DNA of 64,000 nt. Source: Paraspadella gotoi. Its lineage: Eukaryota > Animalia > Chaetognatha. The stretch lies in contig CM119267.1 in NCBI GenBank assembly GCA_051294375.1, forward strand, positions 18,330,992 through 18,394,991, written 5' to 3'. A program made the translations under genes and the position numbers. The notes beneath the pieces are model-generated. The model was not told the DNA's origin. It did no database searches and saw nothing but the letters and a program-made list of their open reading frames with translations. Shown in pieces: positions 1 to 11,554 of the stretch (position 1 is its first letter; each line of letters opens with the position of its first letter).

Positions 1-518
1 CATCGAGCTGGGACGCCGAGTCTTCGAAGCAACGCGGAAAGAGTCAAGTGGATGAAGTACCACCACCACATGCGGGAGACGAACCAGAGAAAGACAGTCC
101 ATTCTGCATGGGACGTGGTACGTATCAAAGATAGTTAATGGGAACAAATAATTAACACGTTTTAAATTACGAGAGAATTCTCAATTCTCTCACCTGTGTT
201 AGTTGCGTCCTTGACGGGTCCTACAATCCGCCAATCTCCCCGTGCCGGTTCGAAAAGCAGTTCGGTCTCATCGTTAAACATTTTATAGGCGGTCGGTGAG
301 AGGCGAAGTACTCGATAACAAACGTAGCCGATGCTGCCAACGGCGCAGACGAGGTTCCAGAAAGATTCGAGGCTGGAGAGGTCCGCGTGGTGCTGCCATT
401 GGGACCGGGGGCTGTGATGGGCGGTAACACAATCAGCGGTTTTTGGATTCGAAGGAGTCTCTGGATTCATCTTTTTGGCGGTTCTTTTCCGCAAAACATT
501 TGATCGTTTGTCTTCCAT
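1..518 (-). CDS. HHAT: Hedgehog acyltransferase (MBOAT), 5' part; continues off the left edge
   Basis: Exon 518-194, GT-AG intron 193-104, exon 103-1. The join gives GPVKDATNTEWTVFLWFVSRMWWWYFIH, which resembles the HHAT KKDATDFEWSFW motif after an N-terminal TM helix. Confidence 0.75.
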
Positions 519-897
519 AATACTTTTTTTATAATAAGTTTTTGTTCATAGGGAATTTTTTTAAAGGATTTGTATATTTTTTGTTTGAACTCGCTGTCTC
601 GCAATTTATTTAAATTATCCTTATTTTTTTGGTTTTCAAATAATTTTCATTAATTTAGTATCGTTTTTATTTTTTTAAACCTGTCTCAACAAAAAATCGA
701 GAAAAACAGTTCTACGGAGAATAAATTAACCCCGAAAACGTCATCAATAACAAAACAAGAATAAAACAGCAAACTAATATAGTCAATGGGAAACGTAAGC
801 TTACGTTGTCAGAAAAAAAAGAATCATGATCACCGCTGAAAAAAACAATTATGAGAAAATCACTCTTTTTCCTCTCGCCCACTAGTCCGTACGAATC

Positions 898-2719
898 TTA
901 GCGTCTATCCCTTGAACGGAAATTCCTTTCGCTCTCCCCGCGATAATAATCCCTCTCGCGGTACTCCTCCCTGAGGCGGGCGTCGTCCTTGGCCTCCTCT
1001 CTATACTCGCGCCTTTCCTCGCCCCCTTCACGCCGTCCCGGCGCCCCGGCGTAGCAATCTCTTTCGCCGCTCCGCGACTTCTCCCGCCTCCTGCGCTTGC
1101 GCTCGGCCTCCGCAGGCGAGCGGCTCTTGGCCTTGCCGTATGATCTCGCCTCGATACCTCCGAGGGTGTCCTGAAGAGAAGAGAGGAGAATCTTGCAGCG
1201 GTGATCGTCGTGGACGCGCGATTGCTTGATAAGCGAGATGGCAGTGACGAGGGTCTCGATGGCGGCGCCGTAGTCGCCCTGGGAAGCGTCCTGAACGGCG
1301 CGGGAGATGGCGTTCGAGGAAATTTGCTTGTTGCGCCGAAGGTGCTCCTCTTTCTCGACCTCAGAGATTGCGTCGGCGGCGAGAGCGGCGGCGGAGACGT
1401 GGGCCGAAGAGACTGGAGCCGGGGAAGGAAAGAGCGCGGGGCGATGATGGGGGAAGGCAGAAGGTGGAAAACCGCCGGGCGGGACTGACAGAAACGCGGG
1501 ATTTATGTGGGGCGCGGGTGCGCCTGGAGGGACGATTAGAGGCGGCAGAGGTGGAAGCGGCGGACGAACGTTCGGCGGAACGAAATGATTGGGCGGCAAA
1601 GGCGGCGCGCAGGGGTAAGGCGGGAAAGTGGCGGAACCTGGAGGAACTTGAGCGGGCGGTCCGGGCCTGATCGGCGGACCAAAAAAGGAGCGCGGCGGAG
1701 GACCCGAACGGTACGGCTGAGACGTAGGGGGGCGAAAGCCGACTGGGAGAGGAAAGTTCAGCCCAGCCACAGGTCGCGGACGACACTGGGGTAACGGGTG
1801 CTGAATCAATTGAGACGGTGCCGGCATGGCGGGCTGGGGAGCAACTTCCGATCGGAGGGAGGGCGGCGATAAAGCAACCTGAATCGGGGGAAGACCTTCG
1901 GCCTCTTCTCGCCTCCACTGCTGCTGCTGCGGTTGAGAAGGCGGCACATCTGGACGACTCGGAGCCGCCGCCTCGAACTCTCTCAGGGCGGTTTTAGTGC
2001 AGGCAGTGACGACGGGAAAATGGTCGTGTAGGCGCGACTTGGGCAATTCCGTCAAAACTTTTTGGGCGCTTTCTTCTGAGGCCAGCGTCACCATGGCAAA
2101 ACTAGGCGATAGAGAATATGGGTCTTCTATTCAGTATCGTTCATCGAAAACATTTAGTTATTGGACAAACTATCTTTCTCTTCAAATTAACTAACAAATT
2201 TTATCAGTGATTCAGGATGACGAAAAATAGCTGATAAAATTTAAAGTTTTACCAAACATAAAACGCTTCAGTTTATCTTACGTAGTATATTATATTAGTT
2301 ACATTTAAGATTGAATAAAGAAACAACGGCACCGAAATATCCTCGTCCTTATAAATTACGAACCCTTTCGACTGGCCGTTGACCCGATTCTCGTAAAACT
2401 TAATCTCGACCAAATCGTCGACTCCCGCACGAGAGAGCGCCTCCGTCAAATCTTGATCCGAGGTCCACCAAGTCAGATTACCCACGTAAAGAGAGAAGCG
2501 ACGGGTTGGGTTGATGAAATTAAAAGCACGCTGAAGGCTCGAAGGAGCCGCGGCGGCCTCATGGGGCACGGCCGCGGTTACATCCTGTTTCTTCGAGGAC
2601 GACGAGATAGGAACGTCCCCGTAGAGGACGTCCACGTCGTCGAGTTCGGTCGATAAGCGATCTGGTTTGGTGTCCCGGACGAGGGTGACACAATCGGCGT
2701 AAATATCGACGTCAGACAT
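898..2719 (-). CDS. CPSF6: Cleavage factor Im large subunit (CPSF6/7)
   Basis: MSDVDIYAD start. RRM LYVGNLTWWTSD...ENRVNGQSKG|FA (intron 2363-2102). Pro-rich region, ISSNAISRAV...AIETLVTAISLIKQS domain, RS/RD/RE tail. Confidence 0.95.
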
Positions 2720-3056
2720 CTTGGATTGGGTACGGGCGAGTCTCAATTAACTCTTCTAGCTAATTAAACAATTTAACTAATCTGTACTCAATGTACATTT
2801 CGGTTTCCATGGAGGGGAGTAAAACAACAGGTCAATGTGAGGAGTAAAAAGTGATTTTATTTCGGTAAAAGAACGTGGGTAAGTACAAAATAATAATTGG
2901 TTCATTTCGATTCGAACAATTTTGGCACGATGAAATAAAAACGAAAATAAGAACTAATCCGACTATTAAGGCACGCGAGGTAATTAAAATATTTCCCCAA
3001 TCACCAGACAATTCAAAATTCTCTCTCAAATTATCACATTTTTTATTTAAAAAAAA

Positions 3057-6000
3057 TCATTTGACGTCGAACCTCCGAAGCTGATGCTCTCCCTCGACCA
3101 GAAATAGCTTGAAAGCTTTGTCAAGAAGAAAAACGCCGAGACTTCGACGGCGTTTCGGTTCCCAGTTGGCGACGTATCCGTAGGCCTTGCCACGAACTTT
3201 GTTCGAAAGATTATCTAATCCCAAGGCTTCGATCATAAGCGCCTCCCGCGTGAAAGCTTCAGCAGGAATGCAACTCTGGAAAACGAAAAATAGTGGGGAT
3301 ATAAATAAGGAAAATTGAGACTGACTCACTGACTGACTGACGACCGTAAATTTCGCGTCGTTTATTTTTTTTTTTACCTGAAAACAGTGATGACTGACAA
3401 CCCCGTGCCCCGATTCCCAAACGTCTCGAATCTGATTAATTTTTTCGCTCGGCTTCTTTTTATTCTCTTCGTTCATGGTTGACCTTTTGTCGTTAATTGC
3501 GTCGTAAAAATGGGAGAAAGGCCTCAATCCGGTCCCTTTGCCGACGTAGAAAACAGCGGCGACAAAAGTTCTTAACAAAAACCAAAAAAAATAGTTTTCT
3601 ATCACAAAAATCACGAACGGCCCCCGAGTCGTTCACTATTCAACTCACCGAAAAGCGACCAACTTTTTATCCTCGGAGGAAGAGGCTCGGATCCTGGCCG
3701 GAAGGTTCCGGGTGACGCGGGGATCGAGGAGGAGGTAGTTAAAGCATGCCTTACACTTAGACGCCGACACAGAGTAGACGGTGTCAGCGTCGCTCGTCGA
3801 AAAATCCTCTACCATCAAGTCGAAGTCGCTCTCAGTGGTAGAAAATGGAAAGACTCCCTAAAATAGAATTACCATTAGAAAGTATAATAATCATTTGAGT
3901 CACGAGTGATGATCGCTCGATACCTGCAGGGCTTGCGCCAATTCATACGGATACACGGGTTTTCTGGCACCGGCATCTGCCATTGGTTCCTTTCGCAACC
4001 GCGTCAACTTGCGCAGAAAGACGCTCCTGGTGAAGTCGGAAATCGGTGGCACGGCCTTTTCACCGGCCTCGAGCAGTAAACGACGAATCTCGTTGTCGTC
4101 AAGGCGAGTCAAGGATTCAGAAATGTTCAAGTTTTCTTCGCCCTTGTCGTCAGCAGGCTCCGACTTTCGCCACCGACGCCGCTGGCGACAAGTTCGCCAA
4201 TCGAAGTTGAGAGAGATAACGCTCTCGGTGTCGCCGGCTTCAGAAGATTCCAGTGAGACAAGACTCACTTCCGGTGTGGGGATAAAAGGAGGAGCCTGAC
4301 AAAAGCACGGGATTAACAACTAACGACAAAAATACAGAAACCCGATTTAACTAACCGGAGGACAGGACTCGCAACACTCGGCGCATTCCGCGCTATAAAC
4401 ACGCTCGATGAGTTGGACGTTTTCCTTTTCGTCCGAATACACGTATCTAACAGTTATTATAGATTAAGATTTAGCAAAATAAGAAAAATCCTGGATTTAA
4501 TCTTAGGTAAACTACAATCAATGGAATTATGGATATACTCACTCTTGCACAGTCTTTTCGCAATTGATGCAAGTCGCGTAGGAAGAGGCCCTGGACGCCG
4601 ACGACGCGTCTAAAGGCGTGACACTGATGAAAGTGTCATCGAGGTCGCAACCTGGGTCGACGTGAACGCCGTCGGCGAAAGACTTAGACGGAAGAAAAGG
4701 CGGTTGAACAGACGCGATTGTCTGGGAAACTTTGAAGGACTCGAGAAATTTATCCATGATAACACCGGCCGGTTTGACTTTCGATCGACCGGAAGAGGGA
4801 AGGGCGTTCCCCTGCGATGGATCAGATCGTCGACACACGCTCGTTTCGTCTCGAGCCGTGACAATCGTCAAGGAATTTTCCAGTAGAGTAGGGCGTTCCA
4901 TGTCCATTATACCTGAATAAATCCCCAATCTTTGGCTAATAAAAAAAAACCCCAAAAGCTCCAAAGTGATCTTACCAGTTGATTCAAGCCATGATGCTGC
5001 CACGGGGTCCTTTGCTCCGCAACGAATTACTTCTGGATTATTTTCGTCGGAATTTCGTCGCCCGTCGTCCTCTTGCCTCATTTTCTTTCGCGCAGAGTCA
5101 ACAGGGTTATCGTAATCATCGTCGAAACCGGCGAGACGTTTCTTAGATCCTTTGAAACCGGTGGAGGGCTGCGGAGATGCAGGAGCTACGGAAACTGGTT
5201 GCTTACCCTGAGGAAATCGAAGGAAAGCAGATTAAGAAAAAGGTAAGAGTTTGAACGCGCATGAAATTGAAGTAGCGAGAGAGAAAGATAATAAGATTCC
5301 GAAAATCGTGAGAGAGATAAAGAGCGCACTACCTCCAACAGTTTCGAAGTACCCATATTTCTCGTTAACGGCGAAATCGAGCGCTTCGCCTTGGCCAATT
5401 CTTTCGTCTCCTTCATAAGCAGGGTAGTCTGATCCGCACAATCCTCGAGTTGTTTTTCCAGCTCCTCGAACTCGATCATCGATTCCGTCCTGACCGTCTC
5501 GTCGTCCTTTTCGTCCACAGTCTCGGTGACGTTTGTCGAAGACGGAGAGTCTTTAACCACCATGTCTTGTTCCTTTTCGGGAGTCGGTCCCAATACGACG
5601 ATGCAAGGAGGAGAGACGGTGACTTTTTTGAGCGTAGAGATCCCCATGCGAACGCTTTTTTTAGCGATTCCCGAAGAAACGGTGGGCTCTTCTCGTTCCT
5701 TCGACATTGAACCCGTCCCCGAAGATTCTGCTGCAACAGCACTGAACGTCTTTGTCGAGTTCGCTTCAGGAACGCCTCCGCGATTCTCCTCTCCCGCCTT
5801 CCGACTAGAAGTCTCCTCTTTGTCGACCGTCGATCTTCGAGAAACGAAGGTCCTCTCGTCGTCGCTGTCGGAGAGATCCTTGAAGGGAGAAACGCTTCTT
5901 ATGTAATCTCGCCAGGAAACCCAACTAGGATCTTTCCGGAGGCGTATTCGCGGGTCGTAGCCCTCCCTCATGATGCCGCACTTCATTGGATCCCAATCGA

Positions 6001-6910
6001 GAGAATCCAAGCTGTCGTTTAGCGTCGCGGCAGCGGACTGGTTGGTCGGCGTGGAAGGGGGATCAACGATCGGGGCATCAAAGTCATTTTCTCGACCAAT
6101 AACTTTCGCGCAAGGTTTCGGTAAGGCCCCCAGGTTTTCCTTCGCTTCATTAGAAGTGTCGGTCTCGCCGTCGGCCTCGACATTGCGTTTTTTCCTGGCG
6201 TCTAAAAATTCTTTCACCTCGTGTTTTTGAGATTGGTACTTCGACAAGGCACTTTGACTGAGAAGAAAAAAGAGTTATAATATAAGGTATAGGTAATCGT
6301 TAATTTAAAAAATATAGTAATACCGAACGGACATATAAATTTGCACCGACTTACAACCAACTTACATACCTTTCGTCGAGCAAAACGTTGCTGGAATTAT
6401 TGCTTCTCGATTTGAGTAGCCTCTTGATCGCTGCCTCTAACAGTTTTAGAACGCACGGATCCCTCGTCGTCTCTCTTGCCATGTCTAGAGGCGTTTTTCC
6501 ATCAGCGTCCGGGATAGCAGCATCGCCGCCATTCTCCAGCAGCAAATTAACCGCCTCACGACGTCCCCAAAGAGCGGCAATGTGAAGGGGCGTGAGACCT
6601 TCAGAAGATCTAACGTTAGGGTTGCCTGTGAGAAGAGGAAAGGTTAAAAGGAAAAAAAAAAAAAAAAAAAAAAAACTTGTTCCGTTCCATCCGTACCTCC
6701 GTACTTCAGAAGCGTTTCCAAGCAAACGTACGAGGCGGCATTGTCAAGACCGGCGGCGATGTGCATAGCGGAGACGTCGTTTTCCCGGACGCGCACATTG
6801 GGATCGGCTCCTTCCTCGAGCAGTTTCACTAGCCGAGTCGCGTCCGGAGTGTCGCCGCCCTCCAGCAAAAGCTCAACCACTTGCGTCGATTTGGCGAGGG
6901 CGAGCGACAT
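3057..6910 (-). CDS. ANKLE1: Ankyrin repeat, LEM and GIY-YIG endonuclease (LEM-3)
   Basis: Ankyrin repeats (TPLHIAALWG), LEM domain (LDDNEIRRLL...PISDFTRSVFLRKL), GIY-YIG domain (FNYLLLDPR, FYVGKG, EAFTREALMIEALG). Multi-exon. Confidence 0.93.
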
Positions 6911-7102
6911 TATGATTATCCTTTTCTATATTAATTCTGATTTTTGAAGTGTAGTAATGAAACTTTTAAATAACGGGTACCAATAATTTGCGATTACATA
7001 ACGAAAGAATAAATTAAAATACAGGCAATACGATAAAAAAAATGTTAATTTCAAATAGCTGATTGACGTGAGATCTCATTGTCCTATATGCAACCAAGCT
7101 CA

Positions 7103-8777
7103 CTACGAATCAGAGACCGGGTATTTGGGCAGCTCCGCTTTATCCCTGGAGGCGTCGCCACCAATTCCGTTTTCAACATCCTTTCCGCCACATCCGGCTT
7201 CTTCCAATCTGATGATCCGCCTTCGCTTGACGAAATGTTCGACCCTGTCCTCGAGACTCTCGCAAAGCGGGCGCTCAAACAAGGGTTTGTGCTTTCGCGA
7301 CTTGCTGCCGCTGACGAGGGCGCGGTGGGGTCGAGAAACGGCGTCCAAGCGAGAGGACATCGATCCCTCCTCATTTCCCGAGCGCTCCTCGACGGCCGCT
7401 TTCGCTTTGAAGGCCGCCAGCTCCAAGGCCTGAACGCACAGCGCTGACTTGACGGAGAGTTCGACGGAAAGTTTCTGGTAGTGAAGAACGAGGTCAACGA
7501 GTGCCTCAGCGTCGGCGACCCACTCGGCTACGGCGGGAAACTCGCAAGAGTACAGATTAAGCGGAAAGTCCGCAGCCATGTTATACTGCGGCTTACGAGG
7601 GTGATTCGCCACGTCGAGCAGCTTGGAAATCGCCACGGGAGGCTCCAGTCGTTCGCCGACGAGAAACAAGAGGGCGACGATACATCGAATCTGATGCCAG
7701 AGAAAACCAGAACCCGTGACGCATAACTGGCAAAGCTGGAAAAACGTTTAAAGTTGAGATATAAAATTAACTCGATAATAAAAGCTCATCCAATCTTTAC
7801 CTCCATTCCACTCTGCTGCAGCAACCGGGACTTAAAATGAAACGTCGACTCGAGAGTCGATACGTCAACAGAGTCGATTCTACGGACAAAGGTTGTGATG
7901 CCGTTGCCCACATCCATTTTGCAAACGTTGCGAAAATCGTGTTCACCAACAAGGAGCTTACCGGCTTCGGCCATCAAGTCAAGATTGAGATTTCCTAAGA
8001 CAGATAGAGAAAATTATGCAAGAGGTTTTTCTCATTTAGCATTGCTAACATTTTTTTTAAAATGCTGTCGCTCAGGTCAAACGCCGTCGTCGTACCTTTA
8101 GGGAAAAAGTAGGTGTAAACTCTTTTGTTGCAGTCGAACCTGGCGCTGAAGTCTGGCTCGACCGGCGTCCACCCCAGGACTCGAATGTCTCGCGGAAGAA
8201 CTTTGTTTAGGATGTGGGCGTAACGAATCTCTTCTTTCGGCATGTCCGTAGCTCCGGAGCTGGCGGCGCCGTTAGACCGCGCGGACGTTGGAATCAATCC
8301 CACTCCAGCGTCGAGATTCGATCTCAAGTCGATAGAGACGACCTGACCCAGGGCGCTAACTCCTTTGTCCGTGCGTCCGCATCGGTGATAGTTTGAAGTC
8401 TCTCGCGACTCAATGAGGCGGGTTCGTTCGAGGGCCTCGAAGAGGGCCGACTCGACCGTATTGGTCGTATTGTCCTGGACCACGTAGCCCTGCCAGTCCC
8501 AGCCGAAGTAGGCGACGTGGAGGGCTACGTGTCGCTTGTTGTATCGGGAAAAGTCGAACGGTTTCCTTTTTTGAGAAGACGATGTCGACGATGCGCCTTC
8601 CGAATTACCATCGGGTCGAGAGTCCCCGCCTTCGGCGCGATTCCGCTTCGCCAAAATATTTTTGAGATTAAGGTTGGCCGCTTCGAGTTTTCGAATTTTT
8701 TCGACCAGTTCGTCTTTGGAAAGTTGATTAAGGTCGACGTCTGGGAGAGACTTGACCCGTGACACAGGATGCGTCAT
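7103..8777 (-). CDS. PUS3: tRNA pseudouridine 38/39 synthase (TruA family)
   Basis: RHVALHVAYFGWDWQG, RCGRTDKGVSA, FSARF, GEHDFRNVCKMD, FLWHQIRC, KPQYNMA. Three exons. The ATG directly follows a T-run and CAG. Confidence 0.95.
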
Positions 8778-8946
8778 CTGAAAAAAAAAAATTGTCAAAA
8801 TTCAGTAAAAAAAGGAATTGATACTCTTTTTTACTACGATGTATGGTTATAATAACAAAATATAATAACAAAATAAGCGAACCACGGCCGGAAACAAAAT
8901 CTTATATTATCTCATGTATCCCCCCTAGCCCATAAAATTCCCTCGA

Positions 8947-10065
8947 TCATGTGTCGCACGTTTCGGCTTCGGCCAGCAGCTTCAACCAATAATCGAATTG
9001 CCTATTCTGCCAAGTCCTCCAAAAACGGGAGAGGGCGGCGAAGTCGAGAGTATGAAGAGTCGCCGGCGAGCCGTCCTCGTAGCAGACGACGATCAAAGCC
9101 CGCTGAATAGAGCGAAGGCGTTCGTCGAGCCCGAGGGTCTGCGCGATCGCGGGAATCGAATCGAAACTAAGATCGTGATTGAGGGCGCCAACGTAAGCAG
9201 CCGCTTGAACCGGAGCATCGTACAATGAGGACAACGTGAGTTTCGGTTTGGCCGACGTCTTCCACTCGACCAGAGTCAACGCTCCTAATTTGCGAGCATT
9301 GGAGGGAAAGACTGATTATTCGACTGGTTCCGTAAAAAAAAAACCCGAAACTGAATGACGCACCATCCATCACCAAAAGGGAGTCGATCCTTCCCGAGTA
9401 ACGAAGCACCGGGTGAGAAATGGGGCTCTCGCCGAGAATTAATTCGTCCACGCGATCCAGAACCGGACGAGCGCTACGGAAAAAGGCCGACTGGATCAGC
9501 GACGCCGCCGACTCTTCCATCGGTACTCGCGTCTTCAGAAAATCGTGGATATTTTTATGGAAAGAACTGCCGCGCGAGAGAGTGTCTCGCTGAAGAACGG
9601 CGAACCCGTCTTCACCCAATTCCTTTATTTTCTTCTTCTTCCAGGCGAGCAACCTGAGGATAAGGATAAGGAAAGCGCGGGATATTAGGAAAAGGCTAAA
9701 TCCCTCCAAAAGCTAAAAATCCAAGCAAATTTTAAGCGGATTTATAATCTCAACTGATTGGCATTTAAAGACATTAACCTGAAAAAAGCTTGTTCATCCA
9801 TCGTTTTACTCATAACGGTAGTGACGGAAGGGAATTTTTTCGTTGCAGATATAATATCTGGTATTTTAGTTCGAAAATCGGATTCGCTAGGCAAAAGTCC
9901 GATGTCAAAAATGGTTTTCAGAGTTTTTTCCAGGGACGGAACCTCCGACGTGGAAGTGGAGAACGATTTTCGGTGGACGAGTTTGAATTTAAAACGAGGG
10001 ACGGGAAATCGATTCATCAAGATCAACAGTGTTTTCGTGCAAGGAGTCAATTCGGAGCAAATCAT
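8947..10065 (-). CDS. MGME1: Mitochondrial genome maintenance exonuclease 1
   Basis: PSVTTVM, RGSSFH, YSGRID, LVEWKTSAKPK and YDAPVQAAAYVGALN PD-(D/E)xK motifs across three exons. The start could instead be 10017. Confidence 0.9.
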
Positions 10066-10463
10066 TGCAAAAAATTATACTAGTAGTAATCGAAGAAACA
10101 TAAATAAAATTTAAAACTTGAAAAATTAGTGTACTGTGGAAATCGATATGTTGGACATAAACAATATAATTCCTTTGGCGAAAGGAAAATGCGTCTAAAA
10201 CCCGACAACTTAATCAGCCTAAAAATAGTTTTTTTAAAAAATATATTAGGCCACAACTGGTGGTGGTCCGAGTCAGAGAAAAGTCAAAAACTTTGAATCA
10301 TTTATCTTCCTGTTTTTTCTTGAATGTCTTGAGCCCTTTTTTTCGGGCACGCTTTCCGCTTACCACCTTACCTGCTAGAGGAACACGATATGCATTTATT
10401 CCCAGAAAATCTTGAGGTTGGAACGAGACATACCTTTGAGACCAATGAGACTCGACTGCAACG

Positions 10464-11380
10464 TCAACGCTCCCTGCAACAAAACAATAATTGAGGGCAA
10501 AAAGCGATCAATTGTGGAAAGGAGATCGACGCCGATGGATACCTGACCGCTCGAATCCTGTTCCGCTGAAATATAACGTCTTCTTTTGTAAAGGCTGATT
10601 TTAAAAATGTGAACGGGAATGATAACGAAATTAGGATCACTGTATTGACACGGGCACGAGGACACACCCGGATGAGGACGATGAGTCCCTTTCACGAAAA
10701 TGTCCGGGGCGAGCGTCCGTACGATTTCCGAACCCCATCCCTGCCATTGTCGGCGGTTGAGGCACAGCTTTGCGGTTCACGCCTTCCCAACCGCGATGCA
10801 AATTACAAAATAATTTAGTCCCAATTGCTTAAAAACCAATCACTACCTTCCGTGTCACTTGTCTCAAAAACGTTAACGTTTCGCGTCGCTTGAACCTCCT
10901 GGCGCCATTGCGTCTTTAGGAACAATTAAAAACTCGACGATTTTTTTTTTTTTGGCTCATTGTTGAAGAATTTCATCACCTCCTTTTCTTTCTCTTTAAG
11001 CGTTTTGTATGGAAGAAAGTCTTCGTGCTCGCAGTGTGGGCCCGTAATACGCTGACGCACCTGGGGCCTCTCCGCGTATAAGTACAGGTAAACGGACAAC
11101 ATCATGCAGCCCATTAAAACGGTCGTCAGGCAAATAACCTAGCCCCCCAAAAAAAAAATTTTTTAAGTAAAAAAGTGTAATTAGTTTTAAATGGAAAAGA
11201 AAAGTATTACCAATTTATTCATTGGGTACATGACTGCGTTCACGTCCACGAGGCCTTTCAATAACGGTGCAAAAATAAAGAAAAACATTCATTTAGGTAA
11301 TTACAAACTAAATTGCGTAAAGTTGTAACGATTTCTATAAATAATAAGTATGGCCACGTGGGCTTACCCCAGTGGGTCAT
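10464..11380 (-). CDS. Small multi-exon single-pass membrane protein, family unknown
   Basis: Hand-spliced MTHWG|LVDVNAVMYPMNKL|VICLTTVLMGCMMLSVYLYLYAERPQ followed by short basic exons. The 3' exon structure is ambiguous. Confidence 0.5.
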
Positions 11381-11554
11381 TTAGTAGCATGGTCGCGAGG
11401 GAAGCCGGCGACTGACTGACTCTCTCTTTTCCTCTCTCTCTTTCCTGCGCATTCTCTCTTCAGTCTCTCACGATCACTATTTGACATGATTTGACATGAA
11501 AATTTGCAAATTACTTGTTTCACTATTTTCTATTTTTATATTTTATGAAGTATT

